A stretch of DNA of 64,000 nucleotides from Lama glama (GCA_028534125.1 CM052817.1:22818001-22882000), one strand, 5' to 3'; positions 12,945-27,579 are shown, counted from the first letter of the stretch. Numbers and translations: made by a program. Notes: a model not told the origin generated them from the sequence alone.

Positions 12945-14603
12945 TCCACTTGACTTATAGTTAGAGCATAATACATTCATTCTGTATAGCACTATGTTTC
13001 TAATTTTAATTAAAGGATATTGATTAACTTATTATCAATTATTTCTTTTATTAACTTAATAAATTTCCTTATAACCATATTTGCTTCGTTTTAATTAGAG
13101 ACAGGATATCTCACCTTAACTCATTCTTTACTTATTGTTTCTGTCTTTTTAATTTTTATTCTTCCAAATTTCCCACTCTTTAGTAAACACAATAATTAAT
13201 TTCAGTCACTAGTGTACTGTTTAATTTTGGCACTCTGGCCTTATAAATAGAGCTATATTATTAATCAGTATGGCAAGGTAATCTTGGGATGAAATGGTCT
13301 ATAAAGTCATTTATCATTCCTTATATCTATATTTCACATTCACCAAGGGAGAAGAGTACTTCTTGCAATATTTCCTAATGGTAACTGAACTACCCCTTGA
13401 GATGAGTACAGGTGAGGCAGAAACATGACATGAGAGATTAGACCAGGTGATACTGGAGTCGTTGGCTGAATTACTCTGGAGTTGTGTAGGAAAGGTGGGC
13501 CTGCTCATGACTGGAAAAGAATTAATGTTCTTCCATGAATACCTTTCTTATATCAAAAAATGACATAAATACTAAAGGGACTGGAGTTCCAAAAATTATG
13601 AGTGGAAGGACCAAACTATGATGCCAGTCAATATTTATTACACACAGAACACACTTTAAGATTGATGTCTACAGCATTGCCCTCAAGGCTTACACTACCA
13701 TTTTAAGTCACTGCCTCATGAACAGTGTAAGGCTATTTTATGGGTGATATCAGCCATTCTTCATTCCTACTATAGATGTCCATTGTTGAGGAATAGGTCA
13801 CCTCTCTAAAAATAAGCTTCTGATGCTACCAACCAGAACCAAAATTACATCATCCAGGTGACAAAAATTCTCAAATAATCAGTCCTTTATCATAGAAGAT
13901 TTGAGAATCACATTATTAAAATCACATCATATGACAAAACATGAATATGAAGGATGAATGTTACTACAGCATGTGCTCAAATTTGATTTTATTATTGTTA
14001 CGACAAGTGATTCATCCTTAGACCAACTGCAGTTAAAACCACAATATAGTAGTACTACTCTAACTTTGCTTGGAAAATGAATTATGCTTTATACTTATTT
14101 AAGCATAAGATAAGATAAAATTATGAGTTGGTGATAATATCCCAATTAAGGCAGGTACACACAATTTTTTAAAAAATTGTGAATGACAGCTCTGCATACT
14201 CTTAAGCCCATATATTTAAAAAAAACACTTTTCTTTTCAAGTGTAATAATCAGGAATATTTATTCGGCATTTTCAAAATAAAACATGATCTGTTAACTAA
14301 TGACTCTGCCTAAAAATATTTAAAAATCACAGATTTTAAAACCTTATGTCCAACTATAAGTGAAATAAATATGTAATAACACAGAAAGTTTCTACAATAC
14401 ATAGAATGAAGAACTAGTTCACCAGTATGGTTAGAAATTTGGAAAGCATAAAAATTTCTACAGAAAAAAATGAAACAAAATACAATTTGTGGATATTCCT
14501 TGGTTGTAGTTATAATCATTTATTACTATGTCAATGAGTATATTTTTCAGTGAAAATATAAGAATTATTGAAAAAGTCTTTCAATCAATAGTAGATCAAT
14601 CTC

Positions 14604-16043
14604 AGAAGAGATAGCCCAGAAATAAACCTACACATCTATAGTCAATTAGTCTTTGACAAAGAAGGCAAGAATATACAATAGAGAAGACAATCTCTTCAAC
14701 AAGTGGTGTTGGGAAAGCTGGACAGCCACATGTAAATCAATGAAATTAGAACATTCCCTCACACCATATACAAAAATAAACTTAAAATGGCATAAAAACT
14801 TCAACATAAGACAAGATACTATAAATCTCATAGAAGAAAACATAGGTAAAGTACTTTATGATATAAATCATAGCAATGTTTTCCTACCACAGTCTACTAA
14901 GGTAATAGAAAGAAAAGCAAAAACAAATAAATGGGACCTAATTAAATTTATACTCTTTTGCACAGCAAAGGAAACCATAAATAAAACAAAAAGACAACGT
15001 ACAGAATAGGAGAAAATATTTGCAAACAATGCTACTGACAAGGGCTTAATTTCCAGAATATACAAAGAGCTCATACAACTCAATAACCTAAAAAAAAATA
15101 CAAAAATGGGAAGAAAAATTAAATAAACGTTTCTCCAATAAAGACACACAAATGGCCAATAGGTACATGAAAAAATGCTCAGTGTTGCTATTACAGAAAT
15201 GAAAATCAAAACTACAATGAGGTATTGCCTCACACCGGTCAGACTGGCCATCATTAAAAATTCCACAAATGTTACTTGCTGGAAGGGTGTGGAGAAGAGG
15301 GACCCCTCTTACAATATTGGTGGGAATGTATTTTTGTGCAGGATTTATGGAAAACAATATGGCGAGTCCTTAAAAAACTAAAAATAGATTTCCCTATGGT
15401 CCAACAATTCACTCCTGGGCATATATCCAGAGGAAACTCTAATTTGAAAAGATACATGCACCTAATGCTCATAGCAGCAACTATCTACAATAGCCAAGAC
15501 ATGGAAGTAACCTAACTGTCCATTAAGAGATAACTGGATAAAGAAGTTGTACACACACACACACACACACACACATGTACAATGAAATACTATTCAGCTA
15601 TAAAAAAGAATAAAGTCATGACATTTGCAGCAACGTGAATGGACCTGGAAATCATCATACTAAGTGAATTAAGTAGCCAAAAAGAGAAATAAAAATACCA
15701 TATGACATCACTTATATATGGAATCATAAAAAGAACACAAATGAACTTATTTATAAAACAGAGACAGACTCAGAGACATAGAAAACAAATTTATGGTTAC
15801 CAGGGAGGGAAAGGAGTAGGGAGGGATAAATTGAGAGTTGTTCAGGATTTGCAAATACTAACTACTATATATAAAACAGATAAACAAAAAATCCTACTGT
15901 ATAGCACAGGGAACTATATTCAATACCTTATAAAGGACTATAATGGAAAAGGATATGAAAAGGAATATATAGGTGTCATTATACTGTACACCAGAAATTA
16001 ATACATCATCGTAAATAAACTATACTTCAGTTAAAAAATGCTT
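14604..16043 (+). mobile_element. Lineage-specific (cetartiodactyl/camelid-type) L1, ORF2 C-terminus plus 3' UTR
   Basis: ORFs 14653-15009 (NLFNKWCWESW, KWDLIK) and 15175-15515 are L1 ORF2. 20-bp TSD atcaatagtagatcaatctc (14584-14603) / atcaatactagatcaatctc (16044-16063). Confidence 0.95.
15551..15575. repeat. (AC)n microsatellite inside the L1
   Basis: About 12 AC units read directly. Confidence 0.95.
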
Positions 16044-16244
16044 ATCAATACTAGATCAATCTCTACCTGTATATCTATAATTAGAAAATGTAATCTACAC
16101 AGGCCATTATAAAATATTGCTAGAATCATTATTGTTCAAAGAGAATAATCAACCATTAAGAATGACACTTTAAAAGGTGAGAGGCATTCTGATATATGTC
16201 ACTGTAGAAGAAAAGGTTAAGTATTGATGAAATCATCAACTACA

Positions 16245-17795
16245 TGAAAATTAGGATCAACACAATCTCTATCAAAATCCTAACTGGATATTTTGCAGTT
16301 GATTACAAGCCTAATGGAAAATTCATATGCAAATGCAAGAGACTCAAAATAGCCAAAATGATCTTTAAAAAGAATGGAGATGGAAGGATTCCACTTTCTT
16401 ATTTCAAAATTTACTACAAAGCTACAATAGTCAAGAATTTGTGGTACTGGCATAAGGAAAGACATACAGATAAATGGAACAGAACTGAGAGTCTAGAAAT
16501 AAGCACTTAACATATATGGTTAATTAAATTTCAAGTGTGTTTGGAAAATTCAATGGAGAAAATCTGGATTGTTCATTAAATGGTACTAGAAGAACTGTAT
16601 GTTCGGATGCAAAAAAAAAAAGTTTGAGTCCCATCCTAAACCATATACAAAAGTTAATTCAATACAAATCATATACCTAAATGTAAAAGGAATGACTCTA
16701 ACAATTGTAGAAGAAAATAGTCCATCACCATGGCTCTGGAATAGGCAATGGTTTCTTAGATATAATACCAAAAGCATAAATGACAAAATAAAAATGTAAA
16801 GTGCACTTCCTCAAAGTTAAAAAGGTGTTTGAAAGGACACCATTAAGAAATTGAAAGGTGAAACACTGAATGAGATAATATATTTGCAAATCACATCTGA
16901 TAAAGAACTTGTATACACAACTCTTACAACTCAGTAATAAAAAGACAACTCCCAAAACAGGCAAATGATTTGAATAGACATTTATATACCTCCTATATGT
17001 ATATTTTATATACATATATCTACAATAGCACATGAAGAGATGTTCAACATCATTATTATTAAGGGATATGCAATTTAAAACCAAAATGATACGTTACTTG
17101 ACACCTAATAGGAGAGCTTTAATAATTTAAAAAAAGATAATAACACATGTTTGAGAAGATGTGGAGAAATTGGAATCCTTATACATCGTTGATGGGAATG
17201 TAAAATGGTTCAATCACTATGGAAAACAACTTGGAAATTTCTCAAAATTCTAAACATAGAAGTACTATAAGACAGAAATTCCACTTTGAGTGGAAACACA
17301 AGAGAAATATTATTTACACAAATTATTGTAAGTGGATGTTCATGGCAGCATTATTCCTAACAACCAAAAAGTGTAAACAATCTAAATGTCCATCAACTGA
17401 TGAATGGATAAATGAAATGTGGTATAGCCATACAATGAGATAGTATTTGGCAATAAAAATGAATAAGTTGATGATAAATGCTATAAAATACATGAACCTT
17501 GAAAATATTATTCTAAGTAAACTAACAGTCATATATTATGCAATTCTATTTATATGAAATATCCAAAACAGACAGATCTATAGACACAGAAAGTAGCTTT
17601 GTGGTTGTTTAAGGGCTGTGCAGGTTAGAAGTGACTGTTAATAGGTATAGGATTTCTTATTGGGTTGATGAAAATGTTCTAAAGTTGACTGTGGTGATAG
17701 TGCACAACTCAGTGAATATACTAAAACCTGTTCAATTGTACACTTTAAATGGATAAATTATGGTATGTAAATTATATCTCAAAAGCTGTTTAAAA
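16245..17795 (+). mobile_element. Ancient L1 (L1MB-like), ORF2 3' part and 3' UTR
   Basis: ORF 16244-16510 (FKIYYKATIVKNLWYWHKERHTDKWNRTES) and 17219-17443 (KCPSTDEWINEMWYSH). 3' UTR gatgaaaatgttctaaagttgactgtggtgat...aaattatatctcaaaagctgtt. Confidence 0.92.
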
Positions 17796-18089
17796 CATTA
17801 GAGGGCATTGCCATAAAATTATATTGAAAGGGTCAATAAAATCTCATGACTCCAAATAAGAGATATGTTTTGCACTTCAGTGGCACTCTTGTCTACAACT
17901 CTTCTATGCTCTCTTATTTCTGGATTTGGGAATCTAATAAGAAATTCACACTAAAAATAATCTTACATGCTTGGAGAATAGTTGGTTCTATGTATTTGAA
18001 TAAGAAATGAATGCTCCTGGAATATTCTCTTGTGTCTAATAATAATAATAATATGATACAAGCAACAACAAAACTGTAGTAGTGGTAAC

Positions 18090-18655
18090 TAATAGTTACT
18101 AAATGTTTAATATGTTGAATATTAATAACTGTCTAATTAAGTACCATTCCAGGTGTTTTACAAGCATTAACTTCAATCCTCACCAATGCACTGTGAGGTC
18201 AGAACTATTATTCCCTTAACAAACAAACAAACAAACAAACAAACAAAGCATAAATACAAAACAGAAACAGACTCATAGACATAGAATACAAACTTGTGGT
18301 TGCCAAGGGGGCAGGGAGTGGGAAGGCATAGACTGGGATTTCAAAATGTAGAACAGATAAACAAGATTATACTGTATAGCACAGGGAAATATATAAAAGA
18401 TCTTATGGTAGCTCACAGAGAAAAAATGTGACAATGAATATATATATGTTCATGTATAACTGAAAAATTGTGCTCTACACTTGAATTTGACACAACATTG
18501 TAAAATGATTATAAATCAATAAAAAACGTTAAAAAAAAGAACCATTATTCCCTCAATTTTACAGATAAGAACAAGGAGGTTAACATTACACAACTATCAG
18601 GGATAGGTTGGAATTCTGGCTGTTTGGCTTTAGAATTCATGCTCTTAATCATTAT
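18090..18655 (-). mobile_element. MIR SINE interrupted by an L1 3' fragment
   Basis: Reverse-complement MIR core (aatcctcacc..tgtgaggt..attattccc|caattttacagataag...gctcttaatcattatgc). Confidence 0.75.
18220..18537 (+). mobile_element. Young camelid-type L1 3' UTR fragment
   Basis: acagactcatagacatagaatacaaacttgtggttgcc...aaattgtgctctacac, then poly(A). 19-bp TSD agaactattattcccttaa / agaaccattattccctcaa. Confidence 0.9.
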
Positions 18656-20335
18656 GCTTTCAATATCAACATGATTAGTTGCAAAATGACAAAGAAGCCA
18701 GTTAAGGCATCACCCTCTAGTGAGGCTATAACTATTTTATCTAAAGCAAATAATAACTACATCGACATTATCAAACAGATTTATCATAATAAGGTAAACC
18801 TGTAAAATGACATCAGTACATTCTGATGATTGACAATGTAAAGATTACTTTGCATTATAAAGAAATAAGCTATAAAGCACATATAATATTTATATTTTAT
18901 GGTGAATTATTTAATAATTAGAAAAATAATTTGTTGAAGATTTGATTTATAGATTTACTGTTTTTTTCAAGTATGTATCTCACTAAAAATGTAGGTAAAC
19001 ATTAGTTCATATCTATGGAACATAAAGGAGTGAACAAAAATGTGTGTGTTAAAAATAGTCCTTGAAATATCAGAAACTATTAAAGGATAATAAGTACTTA
19101 TGGGCTCATATAAAATTCGAAGATGGAAGGGGAGTCCACCATCTGAATTATGTTGGTGGATGTTACACAAAAACTAATTGGAAAAAGGGCATACAGTATA
19201 TTTAAATGATAAATTAGGCAAATATTCTAAAAGATAAGAGTTAATATGCAGACATAATTCTTCATATCATGGAAAATTAAACAACTTCTAATTATAACAG
19301 CCCTTACTAATTATTATCAAATACAAATGAGAAAAATATACATTTTAATGATGCTAATAAATCAGTTCTACATATAATCATGACAAGACTATATGCCAGA
19401 TATCACTAAATAAACAAAAGTAAATATATTCCTATATTATAGGAAAGTCAACATTTAAAAAAGATCTGCAACCTATATGTAAGACAACTATCTAAAGTTT
19501 CTATTTTATAACAAGGATAGTTTTTTATATGAGGGGAATCGGCCCAAAGAGATTTGACCATGTCACAAAGTCCAGGTTTCAAAAGAGACAAAGTAAAGAA
19601 AAAAAACTGATACCTAGTAAATTTACCAAAACATTACAGATGATAAAAGTTGCAACTACAATAAGGCATATTATAAGAAAAAGAAATTTACTTTTTATAA
19701 GCATTTGTGCACACAGTTTTAACTCAATAGCACTAATAACACTTTAATAACTGTTCACATATAACAATCTATGTCTTCTAGTGACTGAAAAGTCCATTTG
19801 GATTGCTATTTATATTATTAAAGTATATTGATTTTACTGATCAATTTATAATCAATAAATAAAGATTTAAGCAAAGTAGTTGTCAATAGTTTAATTAGAT
19901 ATATTTTTTGAGCATCGTATACTAATAAAAGATTTCTAATATGTAAAAGTATCTTTGACATCAAAGGATTCAGCAATAGTATAATAAAGCTATAGCTGGG
20001 GTATTAAAATGTGAAAATATTATGAATTTTTAATGGATTATGGAGATATATAACAGTATACATGAAATTGCAATCACTCAGGAAATATAATCAGATGCAT
20101 TATATATTCCATTTAATTTTGATTAATTCTATAAGTTCTCTAATAATTTAAAGTAAAATATTTTTCATAATCATGTATATGTGTATATTTCAGGAAGACA
20201 GAATAAAGTTAATAACACAGTTTTTAGCTATAATGTAGCTGTCTCTGGAAGCAGCTGGGCTTCTATTTTTTTCTATTATTATAATTTTCTATTATTATAA
20301 ACACAAATTTCATAACATAAATATAGAGTTCTATT

Positions 20336-20440
20336 GAAAAGAATATGAAAATGAATATATGTAATTATATGCATGACTGGGACATTGTGCTGTAGACCAG
20401 AAATTGATGCATTATAACTGACTGTACTTCAATTAAAAAA
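20336..20440 (+). mobile_element. Short L1 3'-terminal fragment
   Basis: gaaaagaatatgaaaatgaatatatg...actgtacttcaattaaaaaa, homologous to 40442-40550. Confidence 0.85.
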
Positions 20441-20450
20441 AATAGAGTTA

Positions 20451-20724
20451 GACATAGAATACAACCTTTGGTTGCCAAGTGGGTGGGAGGTGGGAAGGGA
20501 AAGACTAGGATTTCAAAATTTGTAGATACTGACAGGCATGTGCAGAATAGATAAACAAGATAATACTGTATAGCACAGGGAAATATATACAAGATCTTGT
20601 GGTAGCTCACAGTGAAAAAAAAAGTGACAATGAATATATGCACGTTCAAGTATAACTGAAAAATTGTGCTCTACACTGGAATTTGACACATTGTAAAATG
20701 ACTAAAACTCAATTTAAAAATGTT
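20451..20724 (+). mobile_element. Young camelid-type L1 3' UTR fragment
   Basis: Homologous to 18220-18537. Perfect 14-bp TSD aaaaaatagagtta (20437-20450 / 20725-20738). Confidence 0.9.
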
Positions 20725-21867
20725 AAAAAATAGAGTTATAGATACTTATGCATTATTGGCATTTGAGACAACACAAAGAGATAATTCAAGCTAATAGTCT
20801 GAAGACTGTAATAATTGTATGGTTATTATTTTATAGTGTGAGATGTATATTCCATTGACTATTGATATTTAAAGGCTCAAATTAAACAATAGATAGAGCA
20901 TAACATAATAATACAAAATTATAGTTTGTTGAAAAGGAACAAAGGTTGTGACCATCATTGTTGGCAGTGTGTGTTGAGTAATGATAGGTTACCTGACTTT
21001 TTAAACTGCAGTGACAAAAATCTCTTATATAAGGAGTAAATAATATAATTTCCCAATGAACTTAATTCATAAGAATTTTTCTAATGATAGGCCCTGACAA
21101 TACAAAGTATAAAATATCATTTCTGAAGAGAAGTTAAAGTAGCTAATGAGGTTAACACATCATTTTGATGGGATTCTTAGAGACAGTTCAGGGGTAAAAA
21201 AAAGTATTCTAAATAGAAAAACATAAGAAAGGCAATAGAATCTAAGCGAAATGAAATATTGTGAGATGACTTAAAATTTGGCCCTGGATTTACAATTTAC
21301 ATGAATATTGATCTGGAATCAAGTCTTTTAATTTTCATAGTTCATGTTTAACATGAAAATAAAAATTAGTTGGACTAGATTACTCTTAACCCTGACTTAA
21401 CCTCCCCCACAATGTTTCATTATTGTAAATATAATAGTCAAGCATAACAGTTATGAAGTGTGTCCAAAAGTTGTTATCATCTTAATCCTAAAACTTTCTT
21501 TTCCTACTGAATTATGTGTGTGTTTGTGTGTTAGCAGTACTAACATTCTTCAGTTCATGTTGGCTCAAGACTGACTCTCTTACAGTATTTCTATTGACTT
21601 GCATTGATTCTACATCTGTATTAACTCTCTAATGAGGGTACTTTACTTCATTTTCATTAATAACATGCATATAAACCTTGTATATAAAAATTGTGTATGA
21701 AGACAGGGTTACTTGAAGCATACTGGATTTTCTGAAAAATAATCTTATTTGTAAAGTAGGAGATAAAGGTTTGTGCTGAGAATAAGGAGGTGACAAGGTG
21801 AGATGTCTGAAGAAAAGGGAGGTGGTTTAAAGACACCTTTTGATGAAAGGGTTAGACATTTACCTAT

Positions 21868-22350
21868 TGCATTAGTTTATTAATAATGCTTTATCAAATT
21901 ACCACAAACTTTGTAGTTCAAAAGAGCATAAATTTAATATCTTACAGTTCTGAAAGTCAGAAGTCCAAAACACATCACTTTAGGCTAAATAGGTTGACTG
22001 AGCTGCATTCCTTCCGGAGGCTTCAAGAGAGAATAAATTTATTTGCCTTTTCCAGTGTCTGGAGACAACTCGCTTTTCTGGCTGTATTCTCCTTCTCACA
22101 ATCACATCATTCATGGGTGCTTCCATAATCACACCATCTTTTGAATTCTGCCTTCCTTCTTCCTTCATTTAGGGCCCTTGTGATTATACTGAGCCACCCC
22201 AGATAATCCTGGATAGTTTTTCCATCTCAAAATCTTTAAAGATCTGAAGAGTCCCTTTAGTCATGTAAGTTAATATATTCCTAGGTTCTACAGATTAAGA
22301 TATGGACATGTTTGAAGGTGGGGCAGTTGTTCATGATTCTACCTACCATA
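21868..22350 (-). mobile_element. MLT1D/E-type MaLR LTR
   Basis: aaattaccacaaact...cttacagttctgaaagtcagaagtccaa...gggcccttgtgatta...cccagataatcc...ctaccata. Confidence 0.85.
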
Positions 22351-22785
22351 GTCCATCATCTGGTCTCCAAAAACCCATGTCCATGCACAAAATGCATTCA
22401 CTCAATGTTAATATTTCCAAAGTATCAGAGTATCAGTTCAAAATAACCAAATCTCATTGTCTACATTATCAAAATCATTTATGGGTGAGACTCGGTATGG
22501 TTCATCCTGGGGCAAATATCTTCCCCATGTGTAGACCTTACATGAAACAAGAAAACTAGTTATCTACTCCCAAAACACAATGGCTGGGACAATCATAGGA
22601 TCCCTGTTGTAGATATTTTCTATTTAATAAAGGAGAGAGACAATGGAAGGGAAAGAATGGATCAATTCCAAAATGCAGCCAGCATAGCACCGGATTTCAA
22701 GATCTATGTGTTACCCTATTCAAAACTCCACCATCTGGTCCTGAGGCTCTGCTCGCAAAATTAGCTTTCCTTTTTCATGAAAAGG
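22351..22785 (-). mobile_element. MLT1 internal region adjoining the LTR
   Basis: atgggtgagactcggtatggttcatcctggggcaaat and ctcccaaaacacaatgg resemble MLT-int, directly abutting the LTR. Confidence 0.7.
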
Positions 22786-23162
22786 AATTCAGATACGGGC
22801 TTATTTTGGGAAAATGTTATCTTGCTTATCAATCCTAGGAAAACCTAGAATTGTATGGATGATTTAATAAAGGGTTGGAATCCCTGAATACGATGCCTTA
22901 TAAGGGCATCTTTATCTGTGTAATATTTTTCTAGCTGTATTTTGTAATGTGGTATATATCCAGTATAGTGGAGACTTGGAGTATAGGCCAAAATTTGGTA
23001 GGGAGATCTGATATTGGAGTGAAAAAAAAAAAAGACTAGGTATTATTGGTATTGTAGGTATTATTGGAGGGAAAAAAGCTAGGTATTAGGGTATAAAACA
23101 GTGGTAGCAATAACACATTTGGAGTTAAATCTATTGAATAGGATAAAATAAAATAAGGTAGG

Positions 23163-23542
23163 TACTATGGACTAAATTGCATCCTCCCTAAATTCATTTG
23201 TGGAAGGCCTAACCAATGTGACAGTAGTTGGAGACAGGATTTTTAAAAAGTAATTAAAGGAGGTCTTGAAGATGAGGTCCTAATCTGATAGAACTGGTGG
23301 TTTTATTAGAAGAGGAAGAGAGAGAGAGATTTTTTTCTTCACGTTGACAAAGAGGCCTTGTGATCACACATCAAGATGGCAGCTACCTAGAAACCCAAGG
23401 AAGAAGCTTCAGAATGAAACATATATTGCTTGCACCTTAATCTTGGACTTCCCAGCCTCCTGAATTGTGAGAAATGAGTTCCTGTTGTTTAAGCTACCTA
23501 GTCTACAGTATTTTATGATACTGTATCATACTAGATAACACA
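23163..23542 (+). mobile_element. MLT1A1/B-type MaLR solo LTR
   Basis: tactatggactaaattg...atcttggacttcccagcctcctgaattgtgagaaat...taacaca. Perfect 5-bp TSD gtagg (23158-23162 / 23543-23547). Confidence 0.9.
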
Positions 23543-23819
23543 GTAGGGAACTAGAAGTTTGTGAGAAAGGCTAATGTTTAATTATATTCCTCTTGAGTTT
23601 TAAGGGTAATATGCAATAAAAGTAACTAAAGGAGAAATTAAAAATAAAAGAAAATTATCCAGAGAGTAGATTATAATTTTAATCTCATTGCTACTGCCCT
23701 CATTAAGTCCCTCTTTAACTTTCATCAGGACAACTCTAATAACTTCTTTTTTCATTCTTCCTGCTTGTTGTCTAGACCCTTAAAATACAACCTCTTGACA
23801 GCTGACAATGTGCATTTTC

Positions 23820-24030
23820 TAATAAGCAAACAAGCAAAGTAACAAACAAGCAAAGAAGCAAAGACAGAAAGACACGAGGAAACATTTGGAGGCAATGGAT
23901 ATATTTCTTACCTTGGTTGTGGTGATGGTATTACAGATATATATATACATTCAAACTTGTCATATTGTACTTAACAAATATGTACAGTTTTTTTGTGTAT
24001 CAATTATATCTCAATAAAGCTGTAAAAAAT
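23820..24030 (+). mobile_element. L1MA9-like 3' terminal fragment
   Basis: gacacgaggaaacatttggaggcaatggatat...caattatatctcaataaagctg. Confidence 0.8.
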
Positions 24031-24419
24031 TATGTAAGCAAAAGGTAGACTTAAACATGTCATTGCATTCAAGATCAAGTTTATTTTCATTCTGCAAATT
24101 AAAGTGAAATTAAAAAAAATACATAAATATAAAAATAGTCAACTGTCGCACAAAGTTAGATAGTGTTTAAACAATGGACAGAAACATTGATAAATTTCTG
24201 TAAAATATAAAATATGCTAGGGACAGGATTATCATGAATCTCAGCAATTATAAATTCTGAAACACCATTTAAGCCAAACAGAGGTCACCTAATCAGAGAC
24301 TTTTTCTAATAACACCTAGACAAACATCCCTCAGGTATAGGAAGTGGAGCTGGCCTAAAGGAAAGTGGAAGATAAGGAAAATTAATTAAAATACTGAAAA
24401 CAGTTACGGAACTCTAATT

Positions 24420-24420
<1 letters not shown>

Positions 24421-24453
<33 letters not shown>

Positions 24454-24458
24454 TGTGT
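24421..24458. repeat. Compound (CT)8(GT)11 microsatellite
   Basis: Read directly. Confidence 0.95.
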
Positions 24459-25099
24459 TTTCCCCATCAAACTAAATTTAAGAATGGTAACCTCTAAAAT
24501 AAACTCAAGATCTATATCCAGACACTTTCAGAAGGGGCATTTTTACTGTAGAGAAATATGAGGTAGTGATCTGGTGAATTGTGGCTTCTAGAGGCACAAG
24601 AAGTTGATAGAACAAAAAGACAGGCTCAACAGAAACCTGAAAGCAAAGTTCAGCTAATTCCACCACCCAGTCATAAATATATTTTACTTTTGTAATTTAA
24701 ATGTAAATGCTGAGAAAAAAAAAGATTTCTAACATACAATTCTATATTCCTTCAAAAATCAAAGAAAGGTAAAAATATCTTTGAACATCCAAAAACTCAA
24801 AACATTCACCGGTAATATTATTTTTAAATAAAATCATAAGTAATGCAACAAAATAAATATTAAATGAATAAATATTAGAAAGAGGACAATCTAAAATAAA
24901 ACAAAACGTGAAGAAATCAGTGAAATTTACAGCAAGTGTTCATGACTCATAAAAATTATTTAATGTAATACATGGAAATATTTGGCATAATCATTCCATA
25001 CTTGGTATTCAAGAACTATTGACTGATCACAATGCTGAGAAAAAAATTTCAAGCTATGAGGAAAATGCAGTACTTAAAATATATATAAAAAACTATATC

Positions 25100-26800
25100 C
25101 TCATTAACTTGTAAGGGAGAAACAAACATAAAGATAAATAAAATACTTTACATATTCTATGTAGAAAAACAAAGCAGAGAATGAATAGAAAATATCGGAG
25201 AGGGCCAGGAAAAATTGCAAACTTAGTGAAGACATGAAAAATTCCCTGAAAATAGAATGCTTGACTAAATAATGAAGAAAGGGTGGGAACAATGTTCTGA
25301 GAGAAAATATATTTCAGGCAGAAAGAAGAGCAGCTATTAAACTACTGAGAGAGTTCAAGATACAATGACGAGGCCAGTATGGTTGAAGCATAAAGAACAA
25401 GATAAGTAATGTTGTAGAGGATGATGTAAGAAAATATCTTGGGGTAAAGAAGGAGGGATTCAGATCATATATATCCTAAAAATCATTGTTGAGACTGGCC
25501 ATTACATGAACGAGGACTATGAACTGATGAATGACAGGATGTGACTTATCACTAATATTTTAACATTTTTTTTCTGGTTAATGCTTGAAAATTAACTACA
25601 GATGACCCAGGACAGTAGCAGAGAGAACAGTTAGGAAGCTATTACAACATTCTAGGCAAAATATGATGGCTTTGAACTGGATGAAATTGCTATTTTCTTT
25701 ATATTTTGAAGGTACATTTAACGACATTTCTTGACATATTGAATTGGTTCTGAAAAAGAATTTAAGAATGACTCTAAAGTTTTCGGTTCAAGTAAGTGGA
25801 AAAATGAAGTTACCATTTATGGCAACAGGAAAGGCTCTTAGAGAAGAAATAGGGGTTATACTTGGGGTTCATGTTCAACTCATGATGAACTTAATATTCC
25901 AATTAGATATTTAGTCAGATATTTTTAGTTCACTTTTAGATATACAAGTTAGGAGTTAAAGGAATTGGAACAGAGATATAAATTTTTGAGCCATCACGGT
26001 TTAGATGAGATTTAAAACACTAAGACTAAGTGAAATATACAAGGATATTAGTTCAGCTTATAAAATAGGAAAGTAATTCATTCCTGCAGCATTCTAAAGT
26101 TTAGAGGTTGGAAAGATCAAAACCATCCAGCAAAGCACAGTAATAAAGAACTCGAGATAAAAGAGGAAAACTAGAAGTATGTGGTATCCTGGGGCCATAA
26201 AGAAAGTGTTTCAAAGAAGGGGGAGTGTTTTTTTTTTTTGTATGCCTACCAATAGGTTAATAAAGATGAGGACTGAGAGGATTGACTTTTATATTTAACA
26301 CAGTGCACGTGATTTCTGACTTTTACTAGGGCAGGTGGGGTGAAAGTTTGATTGAAATAGGTTTTAAAAAGAAGGAAAGGAGAGAAATTTGAGACAGCAA
26401 TACAAACTGTTCTCTCAAGGAGTTTTGTTATAAGTGGAAGAAGAAAAATAAAGGATAGGAAAAGGGGAAGTGGGATAAAAATAGTTTTGTTTTTGTTTGC
26501 TTTTTCTATGGAAGAAATAGCATCATGATTGCACGCTGAAATGAACAATTAAAGAGTAAGGAGGAGGCTTTTTTTTTTTAATGTAACAGAAAAGACATGG
26601 AGATAATAGCCTGGTGAGAGGATTTGGGTTTTAGCCCATGAACAGAAAGGTTTCCTTAGGCCCACGCATTGTCCAACCATACAAAAGGACAGAATGTATA
26701 GTAGTTTGATGCTTAGTCAACTACAGTCCTAGAAGGAATGAATTAAGAATCAAGCTCTTCAGCAGAGAATGACAGTAGGGTAGATGAGCTAGAAGTTTGA
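25100..26800 (-). mobile_element. L2 LINE remnant
   Basis: Purine-rich L2 antisense hallmarks: tttcaggcagaaagaagagc, gaggccagtatggttgaagca, gagagaacagttaggaagctatt, aagaatgactctaaagttttc, aagatgaggactgaga. Confidence 0.75.
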
Positions 26801-27579
26801 AGAGAGAGAAAATACAAAATTCTATTTAAGAAAGTAGGAAATCAAACTATATACATATATTACAATAATACAGTGGTCCACTTAAAAAATAATGATAGAA
26901 CATACAAATATCTACCAAGTTCAGTGAAGCAAAGTAGAGAAATTTTCTTTAAATGAGTGTTATTCAAAAGGAAATGAGTATGTATCTGTAAACAAATTTT
27001 AAATCTAAATGAAATAGTGATATACTAGGAAAATCTGTATGTGCAACAGATAGGCATTGAAAAGTTAACAACAACAACAATACTTTACTAGACCACCAAT
27101 GACTTTAAAAACCAAAGAAATTCAATTTCAATTAGTAATATTTAAGTTCATGGTCACTGAAATCAAATTTTTTTTCCTGATTTTAGTATACACTGTGTAA
27201 TCCTGGCCAATTTTTATGCCCCAGTTGCCACATCTTTTAAAATATTGGTATAGTATTGGTATAATAGCACAATGCTTTTTGTTATTGTTGATGCATGAAT
27301 TACAGAACAGTTCATGTAACATTTTTAGTGTGTTGCCTAGCATATAAATTAATATTATCATTATAACTACTCTCTACTCCCTTGAAATGTCCATGTCCAT
27401 TGGTTTTACTATAAGTACTTTCAAAACTTTAAGATACTAAAATGTTAAGAGTATGTAAGACAGTAACTATTTATACATGGTTCCAAAAATAAAACTGGAA
27501 AAAAACAGAAAAAATAAATACATGATATTTACCTGAATGGCTCAGACCAAATACAGTAGTATATTAAAGTATAACATAC

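Noticed and set aside
13314..13520. Minus-strand 64-aa ORF preceded by an acceptor-like tcttttccag
   Set aside because: No recognisable protein, only weak donor candidates and no partner exons.
14653..17532. Cluster of 60-130 aa ORFs on both strands
   Set aside because: They are frameshifted L1 ORF2 pieces and their antisense shadows, not host genes.
23020..23090. Repeated taggtatta motifs
   Set aside because: Local slippage-type microduplications with no further structure.
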